A stretch of 63,883 nt of DNA, filler included, from Dugesia japonica (Eukaryota), in NCBI GenBank assembly GCA_001938525.1. It is 5 parts of 5 records of this genome, joined end to end, with 100 filler letters (N's around TTAATTAATTAA, not from the genome) between each part and the next. Parts side by side here need not be neighbours in the genome. Positions count along the whole stretch, not along the records: positions 1 to 11,514 come from MQRL01593239.1; positions 11,615 to 24,958 come from MQRL01614674.1; 3 more parts are not named here. One strand, written 5' to 3'. This document shows, piece after piece, positions 1-14,299 of this stretch; the stretch's first letter is position 1, and every line of letters begins with the position of its first letter. Under the pieces are notes generated by a model. The model made no database searches, had not been told where the DNA came from, and saw nothing but the letters and a program-made list of their open reading frames with translations. Both the position numbers and the translations under genes were made by a program.

Positions 1-999
1 GATAAAATCTAAAGAATTAAGTAACAAAGATCTATTGCGTTGAATCAATCAAGAAGTCGTTATGTTCCTGAAGAAGAATATTGTCGAAAATTTGAAATTT
101 TTTACAAATACATTTTATTTTGATCGAAACTTTTTATTTATTTTAATGAAATCTATTTGACACAGTTTAACTACTGAAAACTCTGTCGTTTAGAACAGTT
201 TAACTAGTTAATAAATATTTATAAATTATACTAAATGTAGTATTTAAAGTGTTAAGGAAAATAANNNNNNNNNNNNNNNNNNNNNNNNNNNNNNNNNNNN
301 NNNNNNNNNNNNNNNNNNNNNNNNNNNNNNNNNNNNNNNNNNNNNNNNNNNNNNNNTGTACATTTTCTCGCTTGTTTTTCATTAGTAGACATATAATAAT
401 AAGTTATAACAAAAATAAAAATTTATTAAAAACTCATTTGAAAAAATCTCAATTAGAAATTACACAAAAACAGTTTGGTTCCGGATTCAAAAAATTATTG
501 AGAGAACACGCAATCTGATAATGGACGAATAACAGTCAAATAAATCTCAAACATTAGAAGAATAAATTAATATATTTAATTTAATTTCATTGGTTGTAGT
601 TTAATGTTATAATAATACTACAAAAGTTATGTTAGAAAATATTTTTTAATGAAAAACCTGAATATGGATTATAATTTAATATAAAATGAATAACAACACA
701 ATAATATGATAAGATATAAAAAATACAAACAAAATTAATTTATCCGAATACAATTCTCTGAGATACAAATACTCTTTTAGTACATGATGCAATCCATTAA
801 TATTAATTTCAGCGAATTTGATCAATGAATATCGATTATTGATGTTTTATAATAATGCAACTGTTTTCAAAAATAAAATGCAATAGTTTTGTAATTTTAA
901 TTAATGAAAACTACTTTNGTACTTTCTAAAAATTCAACTTCAATATGTACAAATTAAATGATAATAGTATTAATCATGTTACTCATACAATTTTAAAAT

Positions 1000-1470
1000 A
1001 AATAATTACGCAATTCAAACCAACAAAGAAGATTAAATAAATAAAAATAAGTGGTATTATGATTCAGCGAAATTAATGTTTCCTGAATAATAATACTACT
1101 TACAAATAATCCAGAAACGAATTATTATTATTATTAATAATAATCAATAATAATAATAAACATAATATTAAAAACAATAATAATAATAAATAATTACGTA
1201 ATTCTTCAAAGAAACAAAGAAGATTAAATGAATAAAAATAAGTTGTATTATGATTTAACAAAATTAATGATTCATAAATAATAATAATATTTACAAATAA
1301 TCCAGAAACAAATTATTTTTAATTATAACAATAATAACAATTAATTAACAATAATAATAATAATCAATAATAATTATAAAAATCAATAATAATAAACATA
1401 ATAATTAAAATAATAATAACGATAATAATCAATAATAATAAAAAAATCAATAATAATAATAATAATAATA
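1000..1470. repeat. AAT-rich low-complexity/microsatellite region with an imperfect ~190-bp tandem duplication
   Basis: (AAT)n runs; the caaagaagattaaat...acaaataatccagaaac block occurs at about 1024-1120 and 1215-1310. Confidence 0.7.
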
Positions 1471-2362
1471 ATTTGTAGTTATAGATATGATATTAAAATA
1501 TATTAAAAAAAATTGACACATGTAAATAATGTTACATGGATATTACTAATATCAATAGAACAGACGTCATATTCCAAAATATTCTCTAGATGATATTAAA
1601 TTCNCAATATAGTAACAATAATGAATGAATGTTAGAATTAATATCCGTTTACTAATCAGACGAAAAAAAATTCCTCGTAAATTAATCTCACATTTCCTAG
1701 GATAATTGTAAACAAAACATGATTTAACATATTTTCTCAATTCCCACAATACAATCAATAGTAAAGGGAATAATTATAATTAGAAATTAGATGATCAATA
1801 TGTAGATTTTGATGTATACTAATAAAATGTATTCTACACGTATTACATTTAGAATTCTATCAATTTGATTAAAAAGTCAAAAATAAATCCTTAATTTAAC
1901 AATTTATAAATATTCAATTAAAATAGAATTACATAAGAAAAAACAAAGAAATTTGAGTTTTTCTCGGAAAAAATTTGAAATTTTGATAAAATAAAAATAA
2001 CCTTATGAAATATAATCTTAGAATTATTCCATTATTTACTAATACAGAAAATAATAATAATTATGGTGTCATGATGTTCTGTATTAATGGGGACAATATT
2101 TTATCTATCAATATAATTTTTTAGAAATCTTTTGATACATATTATTACCGGGAACGAGAACAATTAACTATTTTGGATTTTATATATGTATTTTCAGGAA
2201 GCTATATCAGTTAATTAGTGCATATATCGATAGTCTGATAATATCAGGATTTTGGAGCCGAAACTTAAATTTAGGATCCGGTTCCTGAGTTGCGACGATT
2301 TTTATTTTTTTTAATAACAGTTTTTAATAATATTTATTTTATATAAAAAATTTAATTTATAA

Positions 2363-3080
2363 TACTCGGTTGTCTCAAAAGTCTTTTCGCATAATAACAT
2401 TAAATGGTTGTTTAAGTATTTCATTTGATAATATTATAAACATATATATATTTAAATGTATAATTTTTTAGATATAATCATTAATATGGCGGATGAAAAA
2501 ATAGCTATGCGAGCGATTTTGCAATTCTTATGGAAAAAAGGCCTCATTGCCAAGGCTGCTGCTGAAGAAATATGCTCAGTGGAAGGTCTTGTTGTAGTTG
2601 ATAGACGTAAAGCGTCAACTTGGTTCCAGCGCTTTAATGCCTGAGATACATCATTAATAAATATACCTTGTTCTAGGAAGCCATCTATAGTTGACATGAC
2701 GGCTTTACGGACTATGGTGGATAGTGATCAACATAGAAGCACCAGAGATTTGTCAACACACCGAGGATATTCCAAAAATAATGTCAATATTCATTTTCAC
2801 AAGCTTGGATTTTCATTGAAAAGACCAAGAGAAGCTCCTCATGAATTGTCAGTATCTCAACCTGAGCAAAGAGTATTAATATGCGAAAAGCTGCTCAAAA
2901 ATCCTGTCGATGATCAGCTTTGGAAGCAGATAATTACGGGAAATGAGAAGTGGATATTCTTTTACAATTCTGCCAGAAGAATCCAGTGGGTAGCTAGTAA
3001 CAAAAAGGCACCAAGGGTGACAAGGCAGAATTGATTTGGGCAAAATATAATGTTATGCGTGTGATGGAATTTTCTCGCAA
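2363..3080 (+). mobile_element. Truncated mariner (Tc1/mariner) transposon, decayed transposase
   Basis: ORFs 2456-2644 (HTH-like, ...WFQRF) and 2696-3034 (PHELS, IITGNEKW = decayed ITGDEKW motif), separated by a stop and a frameshift; TA + CTCGGTTGTCTCAAAAG candidate left TIR at 2363; 3' half missing. Confidence 0.85.
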
Positions 3081-5563
3081 TAATTGCAATTGTAAAACAA
3101 TATAATACATAACATATATTAATTGATTTATTAAAATTTATCCGATTTTATAAAATTAACAAATTTATGAAAGGTTAACAAGTTTAAAAATAGTAACAAT
3201 ATAACAAATTTCATCGATTAACATATATAAATATCAATTAATTACTATCATACAGAATGGCTCGATGGAATGAGTTAATAAAATTCACTGTTGTTCTGGT
3301 GAAATTTGATGTTTGTGTTGAAAGTGTTTTGAANNNNNNNNNNNNNNNNNNNNNNNNNNNNNNNNNNNNNNNNNNNNNNNNNNNNNNNGTTTCTTTATAT
3401 ATGGTTCATGTTATTTTATAAGTGATATTTTTGTTAAGAACTTGCAGAACCATCTGAACAAGAATTAAGGAATCTTGAATAAATCATAAAGTTAATTCCT
3501 AAAGATGACAAAAGTCGAAAATTCGAAATACTAACAACTACAAAAAATATTAAAAAAAAAACAACATTTTTATCAAAGCTTTTAATTTAATCAAATGCTA
3601 TATGTTATATGAAAATTTTAATTTACTTGTTTATGTATTATTATGATTCTTTTGGGTAGCGGAAATATAATTTGCGTCCGTCTGGCACAAACCCATGGAA
3701 CATAAACACATATATTATAGATATTTATAAATGTAAAATTAGCATTAAAAATTAAAAGTGAGAAATCATTTGTCAAATATATACTGGAAATGTCCACAGA
3801 AATTATATTTTATTATTAAATAGAAAATTTAATTTACATACGAGATTTGAATATCATTTATGACTGTTATGTGATACACAAAATGAATTATGATTGATGA
3901 ACAAAAATAATTTGAGGCTGATTTTGAATAAATAAATTAATTAAACGATGGCCGAGACCCAAATTTCAAGTGAAATAGGTAAACAAACTGCTTTTTAAGT
4001 AAATATAAAATCAATTAAATTTTTTCCACAACCTTTCAATAATTTTTTGAAATATTTATCAAAAGATTGTTTTAATAAGTAAATAAATTTACATATAGGA
4101 AAAAAGAAAATCTTATTTCCTAATAATATCAAAGGGATTTTTTTAAATATAAATATTCTATTGGGTAAATTAAATTGATTAATTAATAAGATTTTATGAA
4201 ATAGAATAGCAATGAGTTCATTAATTTAAATAAATCTTACTAAAATATTTATTTTTATATAATAAAAATATCCACAATTCGTCATTTCTAAAATAATCTC
4301 TAAAAATCACTACGGTTCAATTACATCATAACGATTATATTTGAAAGGCCAAGAACTAAAAGATTAAAGTATAAAATTGGAAAACTACTATTACTGCAGC
4401 TATAACAAAAAGATAAACACTCGGTATACATGATGAAAGGTTTCTAAAAATCATGTTGTCTAAATTAAAAAATTAAATTAAACCAGAATTGCCCATATAC
4501 ATATATATATGTACGTACTTTGTATAAAAACATGAGGTTTTGGCACTCGAAAAATTGCATCAATATTTTTTTAAATTTTAAAACGTTGATAAATCCCAGA
4601 GTCAAATAAAGGGGTTTGAATTGATTTAAAACAAACGTTAACAATAAAAAAAACCATATCCTCGAGCTTCACGAGAATATCGCTATAGTTTAAAATAACT
4701 TTAGAAAAAGACTTCTTTTTAATATTGAGCTTTTCAAAACAGTTTCGTTATAAAAACTTCGAAATAACCGTTTTATATTGTAAATATTTGAACAAATCAC
4801 TAGATACAAACGACAGAATTCACAGATTTCTATTGAAACTTGGATTTGTTTTTAGGTTATGCTTGATAAAGAAGAGACAGTTCGGTAGAAGAATAGCGCC
4901 GTAGTTTCTAATCTTTAAAAAGTTTGAATTGTCCATGAATATGGAAGTTCATTTAGTCATAATGAATATAAAATTACGAAATATTTGNCAGATGACGCAC
5001 CATCGAATAAATGAAAGAATTATTTAGATACTGTACAAAGAATGGAAAATATTAAAAATTACTCATTATTTTAATTTACAGATTTTGAGTATATTATTTT
5101 TATTTTCTGTACTTTTTCATTCTACTCATATTTATAAACTGAATTTTAATTTAATTTGTCTTCAATATTTTTTTGGTTTCAATATTTTGTTGGCGAATCA
5201 CTATTAATATCGATTTATCAGACTTATACGTTCCTATTCACGTCTATATATACATATAAGGTATCATTCCAGTCAAATCTCTAATATTAATTTGAGCTAA
5301 AAGCAAAAAATTTGAAAATTATTTTAGAAAAAAAATCTAAATAAATAAAAATCAATAATTTCTTAGGTGACATTTCAACTCAGATTTCAATAAATTTATG
5401 AATTTTTAGCGACAAATGTCAGATTACTATAAAACATAACTAATTCAGGAAATGAAAAAACAAATGTCGTTAATATTTTGTAAAAAATTTTACTGGTAAA
5501 TATAAATAAATCTCATTGATTCACTCGAGATGGCAAAGCACATACACACACACACGAACGCAT

Positions 5564-6261
5564 GGTGTCACGACAAAATAACCCGTCAAAACAGTTAAAG
5601 GTACATTAAAAATACTATTATATATCTATAATATATACTATATATATTATTTTTATATTATACAATTAGTAGACAAAAAGTTACAATGAAAGATTATATT
5701 TACTTTTTATTATATTACATATTATACATAGATTATTAAATATTCCACAAAGGCATTCAAGATTGGTTGATTTGCCAAAAGTTGAAACAAGATACTGAAG
5801 ACGTCGATTGCTTTGGATGTCTCTGGTTAACGGATTCCAGCTTGAAAACGTACTATTTTGATTTCTACTTCATCTTGTTCCTTTCTTAACTGACCAATAA
5901 ACTTAAAAATTGAAGGATGATGACAATCTATGGTTTGTTGAAAACTCTATGTCATGCTTCTACAAAGAAAGCCTTGTTTGAGGCGATCACGAGTTTTGCC
6001 TTACAAAGATGTTCTGCGATTACGTAATTATCGTCCTATTTAATTAATTTCCGAATAGTTCACTATATTTTTACTTGACTCCGTTTTTATTTGACAACTT
6101 CCTGCCAATATTTCAAATTCGGTTATCATGGGATGTCATCTTTCGGTTAATAAATAGTTAATTTTAGGTTGTTTTGACAATATAAAACTGTATTTTTAAA
6201 TTATTATTAATAATGAAATTATTAATAATTAGTTCATTTTAGACTATTTTGACGGGTCACC
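5564..6261 (-). mobile_element. Internally deleted MULE-type DNA transposon remnant
   Basis: Minus strand ~5960-5820 reads VEA*HR..QQTIDCHHPSIFKFIGQLRKEQ (MULE transposase C-terminus, compare 13230-13547); inverted repeat ACCCGTCAAAACAGT (5581-5595) / ACTATTTTGACGGGT (6243-6257). Confidence 0.65.
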
Positions 6262-6309
6262 CAAACGTATAAAAAGTTATTAAGGACCCAGATAAATCTA
6301 ATAAAATTG

Positions 6310-6890
6310 ATAAAATTAGTTATGTTTTAAATATTCCTTATTGTGAGGGGATTAAGGATTTTGAAAATAGTTTTTTTCTAAAGAATTCAGAAAATCTCGC
6401 AAATTTTAAAATTGTGCCTCGGTCTTGTAGAATTATTAATACATTCAGTAATATATCTAAGACTTCTTATGGATTGGTTTCTTATCTTTTTATAAATATG
6501 AGTGTAATGTCACATACATTCGAGAGACTTTCCATCATCTTAGTAAAATAATTGAGGAACATAGTCGGTTAGGTAGTCGCAGTAATATTACAGAACATAA
6601 TATTCAGTGTAAATCAGTTATAAATATTAATAATTTCAAAGTTTTGTGCAGAAACTTTAAAGATTATTAAGAGAGTCATGTGTGAAGCATTGATGAATGG
6701 ATCTTGTTATTAATCCAAAGATTAATATTCAAACGGGTCTTTCTAAATCTTTATTTAATTTGAATTATATTGAAGCCTTTACATAATCGATTGCATAATA
6801 CTGAATCTTAATATAAAAACTATATTCATAGTTTAAAACAGTTCGCCTGCAGATGACATATATACTGTCGAAACTTGTAGTTATTAATAA
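6310..6890 (+). mobile_element. Penelope-like retroelement 3' remnant (GIY-YIG endonuclease) with degenerate hammerhead-like motif
   Basis: Translates YVLNIPY... and YKYECNVTYIRETFHHLSKIIEEH (decayed VY..C..YIGET..L..R..EH); CTGCAGA-stem-GAAA motif at 6847-6879. Confidence 0.6.
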
Positions 6891-8253
6891 ATATTGGTTT
6901 AAATGGTGTGTTTCTGTGTTTATTAATAAATTGCCATTATTTTTTGACTTTTTGAATATTAATAAGAATTATTATAACAATAATATAATAAACAATATCG
7001 ATGAGAATAATTATAATAATAATAAATAACTAGATAATAACGATAATAATAAACAGTATTAATAATAATAAATAATTCAATAACTTCAGAAAATTTTCAC
7101 AGATGAAATGTTCCCGAAAATATTTCACACTTATTCTAAGAATTTTTATTTATTATAATCTAGCTTGCTCATAAATCTCATTAGATTAATCAAAAATTCA
7201 AGTTTGAATTTCGCTGTTCTATAAACTGAGCAGAGATATTTGATAGATAGTTTCAATTTTCTCGATCACATCATAATCTAACGCCTGAATTTGAGATAAT
7301 TTACTAGCCATATGCATGCGACGATTTAGCTAATGAAACTCAAATCTCCATAAAAAGCCAATCAAAACCTATTTAGCGTCAAATAATGAACAATGGACAT
7401 GATTTTATAATATCAAACAATTAGATTAACTATTTCGATAATAGATCAAATTATTAAATTAAAAAAAAAATAATATTAAATTGTTTATTAAATATATTTA
7501 GAATTTTTAGTAATTTACAACTGTGATTATTAGACAGAAACCATGTTTATTGAAACAGTCAGCTTCAATAATCCGTTAATAATTTTATCGATGCTGGCGA
7601 ACCAATTTCTATTATATTTAAAATATATATCTNAGTGTTGTTGCAAAATTTTAATTTAAAATTAATATGAAATTTGGATAATTATGAAAATTTTCTGGAA
7701 AAGAACATAACTTGGAGAGAAATTGATTTTTATTATTGCTATAGGTATAATCCATTTAGAGCTACGGTTCTCAACATTTCTAGTGTCCAGACCCTCAATA
7801 CAAATATTTCCATTGCTTCTTCATCACTGTGATTTTGTTACTGTTATGAAATGCAGAATATATTTACATAAATTCAACATAATTGAAAGCATAATATTTG
7901 TGAGAAAATATAAAAATAAAAATTAGTAATATACTACAAATTACTATTAAAAAAGTTGTATATTTACAAATTTTACAGATTAGAATAACAAAATTAAATT
8001 TCTGATGATTTTAGGTTTCACTTAGCAAATCATGATNNNNNNNNNNNNNNNNNNNNNNNNNNNNNNNNNNNNNNNNNNNNNNNNNNNNNNNNNNNNNNNN
8101 NNNNNNNNNNNNNNNNNNNNNNNNNNNNNNNNNNNNNNNNNNNNNNNNNNNNNNNNNNNNNNNNNNNNNNNNNNNNNNNNNNNNNNNNNNNNNNNNNNNN
8201 NNNNNNNNNNNNNNNNNNNNNNNNNNNNNNNNNNNNNNNNNNNNNNNNNNNNN

Positions 8254-8268
8254 TATTATTATTATTAA

Positions 8269-8317
<49 letters not shown>

Positions 8318-8325
8318 TTTATTAT
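8254..8325. repeat. (TAT)n microsatellite
   Basis: Direct run of tat repeats next to an N gap. Confidence 0.9.
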
Positions 8326-8494
8326 TTCAACTAGAGATTACACATTAATAATTTAATTTCAATTTATTAACTTTAAATGGTGAAAATTATTGAAAAACAA
8401 ATGAAAATCCATTTTAATAATTTTATCAAAATTATTATCCTTTATTTTCTATTTCCATTTAAAACAATTGTTTAATTATTGGAATAACAATTAG

Positions 8495-8780
8495 TATTGT
8501 GTTTTGAAAAGCGAGTTAAAACTTTTGTGTGGTTGGTGATCGTTTTCTTGAAATCTTTTTTGAAAAAGATTTAAATTGAAATGAAAAATTCAATGACGAA
8601 TAAGTAATTGTTTTAAATTTTGAAATTAAATTTTAATAAATAAATTGAAAATTTATTTGAAAATCTGCATAAAAAATCAAACGACTTTAAATCGATTTTA
8701 AAAGATTTTAAGAAACTATCACCAATTTAAAACAGGAATTTAATTTGTTTAAAAACACAGGTGTTGTTATAGTTTTTATT
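8495..8780 (+). mobile_element. Solo LTR-like fold-back element related to the Gypsy LTR at 43958
   Basis: agcgagttaaaacttttgtgtggttggtgatcgttttcttgaaat...aaagatttaaattgaaatgaaaaatt closely matches 43974-44055; 8499-8560 is an imperfect inverted repeat of 8700-8759; ends approximate. Confidence 0.7.
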
Positions 8781-11514
8781 TTAATAAATTTATTAAGTTG
8801 AATTTTGATGTTGATAATCCTGAGAGCTCAAAACTCATCTAACAAGTATTAAAAAAGATTATTTTATTTGTTTAATTAGTTTCAGAGCAATAAATTTAAA
8901 TTATTTTGAAAGAAAAACAATTTTACACAATATTGTTACATAACAAAACAATTCATTAAAATTTTAAAGGCATCTTCAGAATACAATTTTTTGAATAATT
9001 AATAATTCATTCTACAATACGGATATGATCAGTATTATTGGCACCTATAGACTAAAGAAATTCGATATTATTATTTATATTTAAAATTCTATTGCTGAAA
9101 CTACAAATGAATCAATAACCAAAAAAATTAAATTTTACAATTTATAGGTTATAAACTGTAAGAATTAAGAGATCAGATTGTCATTGATAAATAAATTTTG
9201 AGTTCATTTCACATCAATACCAAATGAACATAAAAATGAAATCTGATATATACCATTAGTAAAATGTAGCGCGATCACCACACGTGGCTCACGTTTCAGA
9301 CTTAATACAAAGCTACAAGATCTCACGTTTATTATGATGAATGCAGCTGATTAACTGATTTCACACTGACATGACAGGGGTAACGATAAATATAAATACA
9401 AAATTAATAAAAAAATTCATAAATAAATAATCAATAAAAATGAAATCTAGTAAAATGAATAATAACAATAACAAATTTGCGATGTCCTTAAGTCGCCAAA
9501 ACCATGCACGCGCTATTGCGGCAGTTCAGACGTGTATTCCTAGCTAAATTTATTCTGGTAAACTTGTAACAGGATTGTAAAAAGAAATTATTTCACATGG
9601 ACAAAGAATTTTTAGTAAGCATAAGCCGCTAATTTGCGCTGATTACATCCTTGTTCTTTTTACACAACACTCGTCGTTACTACCGATTTTTAGTTTGAAA
9701 TTTGCATTCGAAAAATGCATTATACAACCCTTATAAATCATCTTCACATGATTCGAAATCAAATATTAAAATTAATATTTTCACTTAATAGTGTAATACA
9801 CAATTATTATTATTATTATTATTAAAAGCAAAATAACATTAGTTCTTTATCCCAGAATTAAAATGAAATAATTGAACGTGTTGATAATTTATTAAATAAT
9901 GAAAATATTAATTTTGAAGACTGGTTTCAAATCTTGCAAAGATGGCTTGAAAAAAAGAAATAAAAACTAATGATGATATTTTCAACAGTCGAGTTATATT
10001 ATTATTTTAAATGATATATAATATTCAATAATATTTAAATAAGTTATTTGAAATATTAATAATTTTAATATATATTAACAAAAAACATGCAAAACTTTCT
10101 GAACAACCTAATATTTTTATTCAAGATATCAAAGTCTAAGGTAATTTAACGCTTTTAAAAATGTTTTAATTTAAATAATATTTTATTAAATTTTAATTTA
10201 AAAAATTAACTTAAATATTTTTTAAAATTAAATTATAAGTAATGTATATTTTTTTGTTAACATAAATATATAAATAAATATTTGGACGAATATTTTAAAT
10301 ACTTTCCAGGAATTATTTAAGATATTTATTGTAATTTAGTATTTTGAATTTTTTGAAGTAGTTAAATATTAGAATTAAAGGTGTTAGGTTAAGATACAAC
10401 GGCAATCTATTATAAATATGTATTAGGTATCAAATCTCAACCTGATTTCATTTATCATAGGTTAAATTATGATATAATAATTTCCATTTCTTATTATTAC
10501 ATAAGATGGAATATTANNNNNNNNNNNNNNNNNNNNNNNNNNNNNNNNNNNNNNNNNNNNNNNNNNNNGACACAAATATAAATACATATATTATTTAAAT
10601 TAATTAGTTAATTAATTATATCCCTAATAAAAGGAAACTACAATATTTCATATAAATTTTTAGATTAATTTTCTTTTAATAATTCTTAATAATTAATAAA
10701 ATTTTTATGGAAGACTTTGAAAATATTGCTTTAATTAATCCACACATTATCAATCAATCAATAAATAAATAAATTTCATTGATACACCTGAATTAGTATT
10801 AAATGNNNNNNNNNNNNNNNNNNNNNNNNNNNNNNNNNNNNNNNNNNNNNNNNNNNNNNNNNNNNNNNNNNNNNNNNNNNNNNNNNNNNNNNNNNNNNNN
10901 NNNNNNNNNNNAAAAATAAAATATTTAATTTTCACTGAAGCGTAAACGTTCATATTAGACTAGGAAAATAATTTATATTTCTTGACGATAAAAGGAATTT
11001 TTCTTTCGATTAGATCTCAAATATCAAATTTCAGTTTATAATNNNNNNNNNNNNNNNNNNNNNNNNNNNNNNNNNNNNNNNNNNNNNNNNNNNNNNNNNN
11101 NNNNNAAAATAAAATTTATTCCAATAATTTTAAAATGCTCTAAAACATAAAGTTAAAAATTTAATAACAAGGTATCGCCCATCAAATTCGACGGTTTGTA
11201 AATGAAATTTTAGTAATCTAAAAATTGTCTGAAAAATACTAAATTTTAAATATTACAAAAATCAAAATAAACTGAAAATTATTTTAAATCAATAATTCAA
11301 TAATAGCAATATTTTATAAATTTCTAAAATACATAGTTATTTTACAATTACAATTATTGTGAGAATAATTGATGGACTTAACCATTGATCGTTTTCATTA
11401 AATTAAAAGCTTTGATCATAATGTTTTGTTTTGCTTTTAATTTAATGAAATCACAAAGTTATTTATGGTTTTCTTAAATTTCCCTCAATAAAATTTTCAA
11501 TTATTCTTAACTTA

Positions 11515-11614
11515 NNNNNNNNNNNNNNNNNNNNNNNNNNNNNNNNNNNNNNNNNNNNTTAATTAATTAANNNNNNNNNNNNNNNNNNNNNNNNNNNNNN
11601 NNNNNNNNNNNNNN
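11515..11614. other. Artificial assembly spacer 44N-TTAATTAATTAA-44N (also at 24959-25058, 36641-36740, 55589-55688)
   Basis: Identical 100-bp structure four times; the 12-mer has stops in all six frames. Confidence 0.95.
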
Positions 11615-12161
11615 ACTATTATTATTATCTTAAAAGAATTAAAACAAATATAATTATTTATATAGAATATTAATGTTGTTTATTGAGTCATCAGACTTAT
11701 TAATTCAAAAGATATTTTTTTATTTATCATGTGTCACCAAACTCGTTAAAGTAAAATGTTTTTATAGTTATGGACTTGAGTCATGCTGACCTAGTCTAAA
11801 CGTTGTTCCATCAAACTTGAACAACCAACTGAAATTTGACGGACAGGATTTTTGGAAAGTACAACTGGCTACTAGAACACCCAGAGAAATGTTGGAAAAA
11901 TTGAAAAGTCCACGTCAGGTGTTATTTTGGAAAATCCAAAAATACATCTCTCTTGGCAGCGTCATGAAATCTTACTATATAAGCAGTGGTAGATTTTCAT
12001 AGAGAGTATTTTCACATTTTATAGAATTTTTGCAATTTTTACACTAACAGAATTTCACTCTTAAAAATTATTTCAGGCCAATAAATTTAAGTATAGTACT
12101 TTCATCGCTAATTTTTGGAAATAAAATCAATATTAAATAATATCAACCTGATGATCCAGAG

Positions 12162-12376
12162 TATTAGCAAGAAAAACGTTATCCTCATCAAACATTTATT
12201 TAAGACAAAGTTGCTATCAAATAAATAACTAACTAGAAAAGTTTTAATATTCAAACAAAAATGCGCAATAATTATTATAATTATTTTCTTAAAATATTTT
12301 AAATTTCAAAGATTTTATAAATATTTTAATTGCGCATATAAATTTGAAATTAACCAATTCAAATATCATTCTCACA
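12162..12376 (-). repeat. 3' LTR of Gypsy element
   Basis: Direct repeat of 18066-18281, preceded on the minus strand by a polypurine tract (12377-12387). Confidence 0.9.
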
Positions 12377-12589
12377 TCCCCCTTCTTTGAGAAATTTTCT
12401 GATCTTTTCAACATTTCTTTCCATTGTCCCACCCAAATCATCTCGAACCAGATATCTTCGGTCATGTATCTTTTTTACTACTAAGAATGGAACTACAAAA
12501 TTATCCTTATCCTTATTTCTCATTTCCTTCTTGATAAGCACTGCATCTTCAATAGCGAAAGTTCTTTTGGTTGGATACTTAAGCTTTGG

Positions 12590-14299
12590 GGGTTCTAGGA
12601 CAATTTCCCCCTAGACAATATCCCCCGGAAAATTATTTAATTATATTATTTCTTTTCAATTCCAAGTAATAATTATTTCAAATAATTATTTATGATATTA
12701 AAACCGAAAAAAATGTTTTTAAGCAAATTTTATTAAGCTAAATGAGTCTTGGACAATTTCTGGCAGACGAAATAATTAAAATTTTGAGGAAAGTGAAACA
12801 TTTTTTTCTTTTCAATTCCAAGTAATAATTTTTTTAAATAATTATTCATGATATTAAAACCGAAAAAAAATTTTTTTAATATTTTAAATATAAAAAATAT
12901 TAAAATATTACTTTATAAAAATATATCAAATAATTATTCATGATATTAAAACCGGATGAATTAATTAGTAAAGTAAAATATTTTAAATATTATACATTAG
13001 AATAGAACTTTCTAAAAATTGAAAAAAAATTTTACTGAAAAAGTTATTTGTTTTTTTCAGTATTAAATTATTATATTTTTAATAAAAGAAAAGGAAGCAT
13101 GCAAAATTCTATTTAAAACCCTAAATTATGGGCAATGCCACGTAAATAATCCAATTTGTTACGANTTTCAACGTCTTGTACAATAGTGAGGATTCGAGCC
13201 TTTAGATCTGAATAAGTCTTTCTTCTAGGTTAAGGTGCGTGGCCAGCAATAGCTTGTGTCAAGTGTACTTGTTGCAAAGCTTGTTCACGTTTGATGCAGT
13301 CGAGGAAACTCCAAAAATTAGGAAGATTACAACCAATATTTGACTGGAAACTTCTGTGCCATCTTTTAACAGGGTTGTTTGTTCTTGGAAGCTCATCTTG
13401 TGATCGTTGGTAGATGTTACAAAGATCAATTTCAAAGATAGGTGGACTACGACAGAAGTGGACAGCCGGAAGTTTATTAGACAACTCTTCAAATACAGCC
13501 ACCACATCTGGTGGAGGAACGAACGCTAGGGCTGCAATCATCTTCATTTTCCGTGAAAAGTCGCCATCTTCTTGATATCGTTGTTCTAGGCCGTGTTCCT
13601 AGCTCTTTCTATATACATTTTGGCTGAAGTGGAAGAAGCATCCCTTGACTACAGTGTTCGGTAGAACTTGATGTATACTTGAGATCATAGCCTGCTTGAA
13701 ATCAACCATTATTGATATTGGATTTAAGTTGCCATTAATTGCCATCAACTGCTGAATTAATTTTCTGTATGTAACTCCAGTTTTGTTTGGTAGAAGACCA
13801 AACAAACACACATGGAATTGTGCGCTCGCTGACGAGTACATGTGTTGTATACAGTTGGAAGAAAATTGAAGGTGATGTTTCAAGAAACCAGTGTGAAGAA
13901 CGTTATAAAAGATCCATATTGTTTTGTGTTCCAAAAATTAACATTCTGGTTGCCGTTGAACCGGAATAAAACAAAAGAAAATCTTGACCATCGCTTGTTA
14001 TTTTGTATTCATCTGGTAAAAAAAGTTTTTACGGTTTTAATATCATAAATAATTATTTAAAATAATTATTACTTGGAATTGAAAAGAAAAAGAATTTTCA
14101 CTTTCCTCAAAGTTTTAATTATTTCGTCAGCCGGAAATTGTCCAAGACTCATTTAGCTTAATAAAATTTGCTTAAAAACATTTTATGGGTTTAAATCTCA
14201 CAAAAAATTATTTTTTCCTCGGCAAATTGTCCGGGGGGATATTGTCCTGGGGGATGTGTTCCGGGGGGAATTGTCCAGGGGGATATTGTCCTGATACCC
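12590..14299 (-). mobile_element. MULE (Phantom-like) DNA transposon nested in the Gypsy integrase
   Basis: TIRs GGGTTCTAGGACAATTTCCCCC / rc GGGTATCAGGACAATATCCCCC with internal GGACAATATCCCCC repeats; long subterminal inverted repeats (~12650-12860 vs ~14030-14185); flanking CTTTGG duplication; transposase fragments LLPNKT, VDFKQA, GCFFHFSQ, ALAFVP, PRTNN. Confidence 0.9.

Noticed and set aside
200-11000. Short ORFs spanning N runs or AT-rich DNA, plus antisense ORFs over real genes elsewhere
   Set aside because: Artefacts of N translation and base composition; no motifs
11559-11570. TTAATTAATTAA palindrome recurring four times
   Set aside because: Always centred in 44N+44N; an artificial six-frame-stop linker
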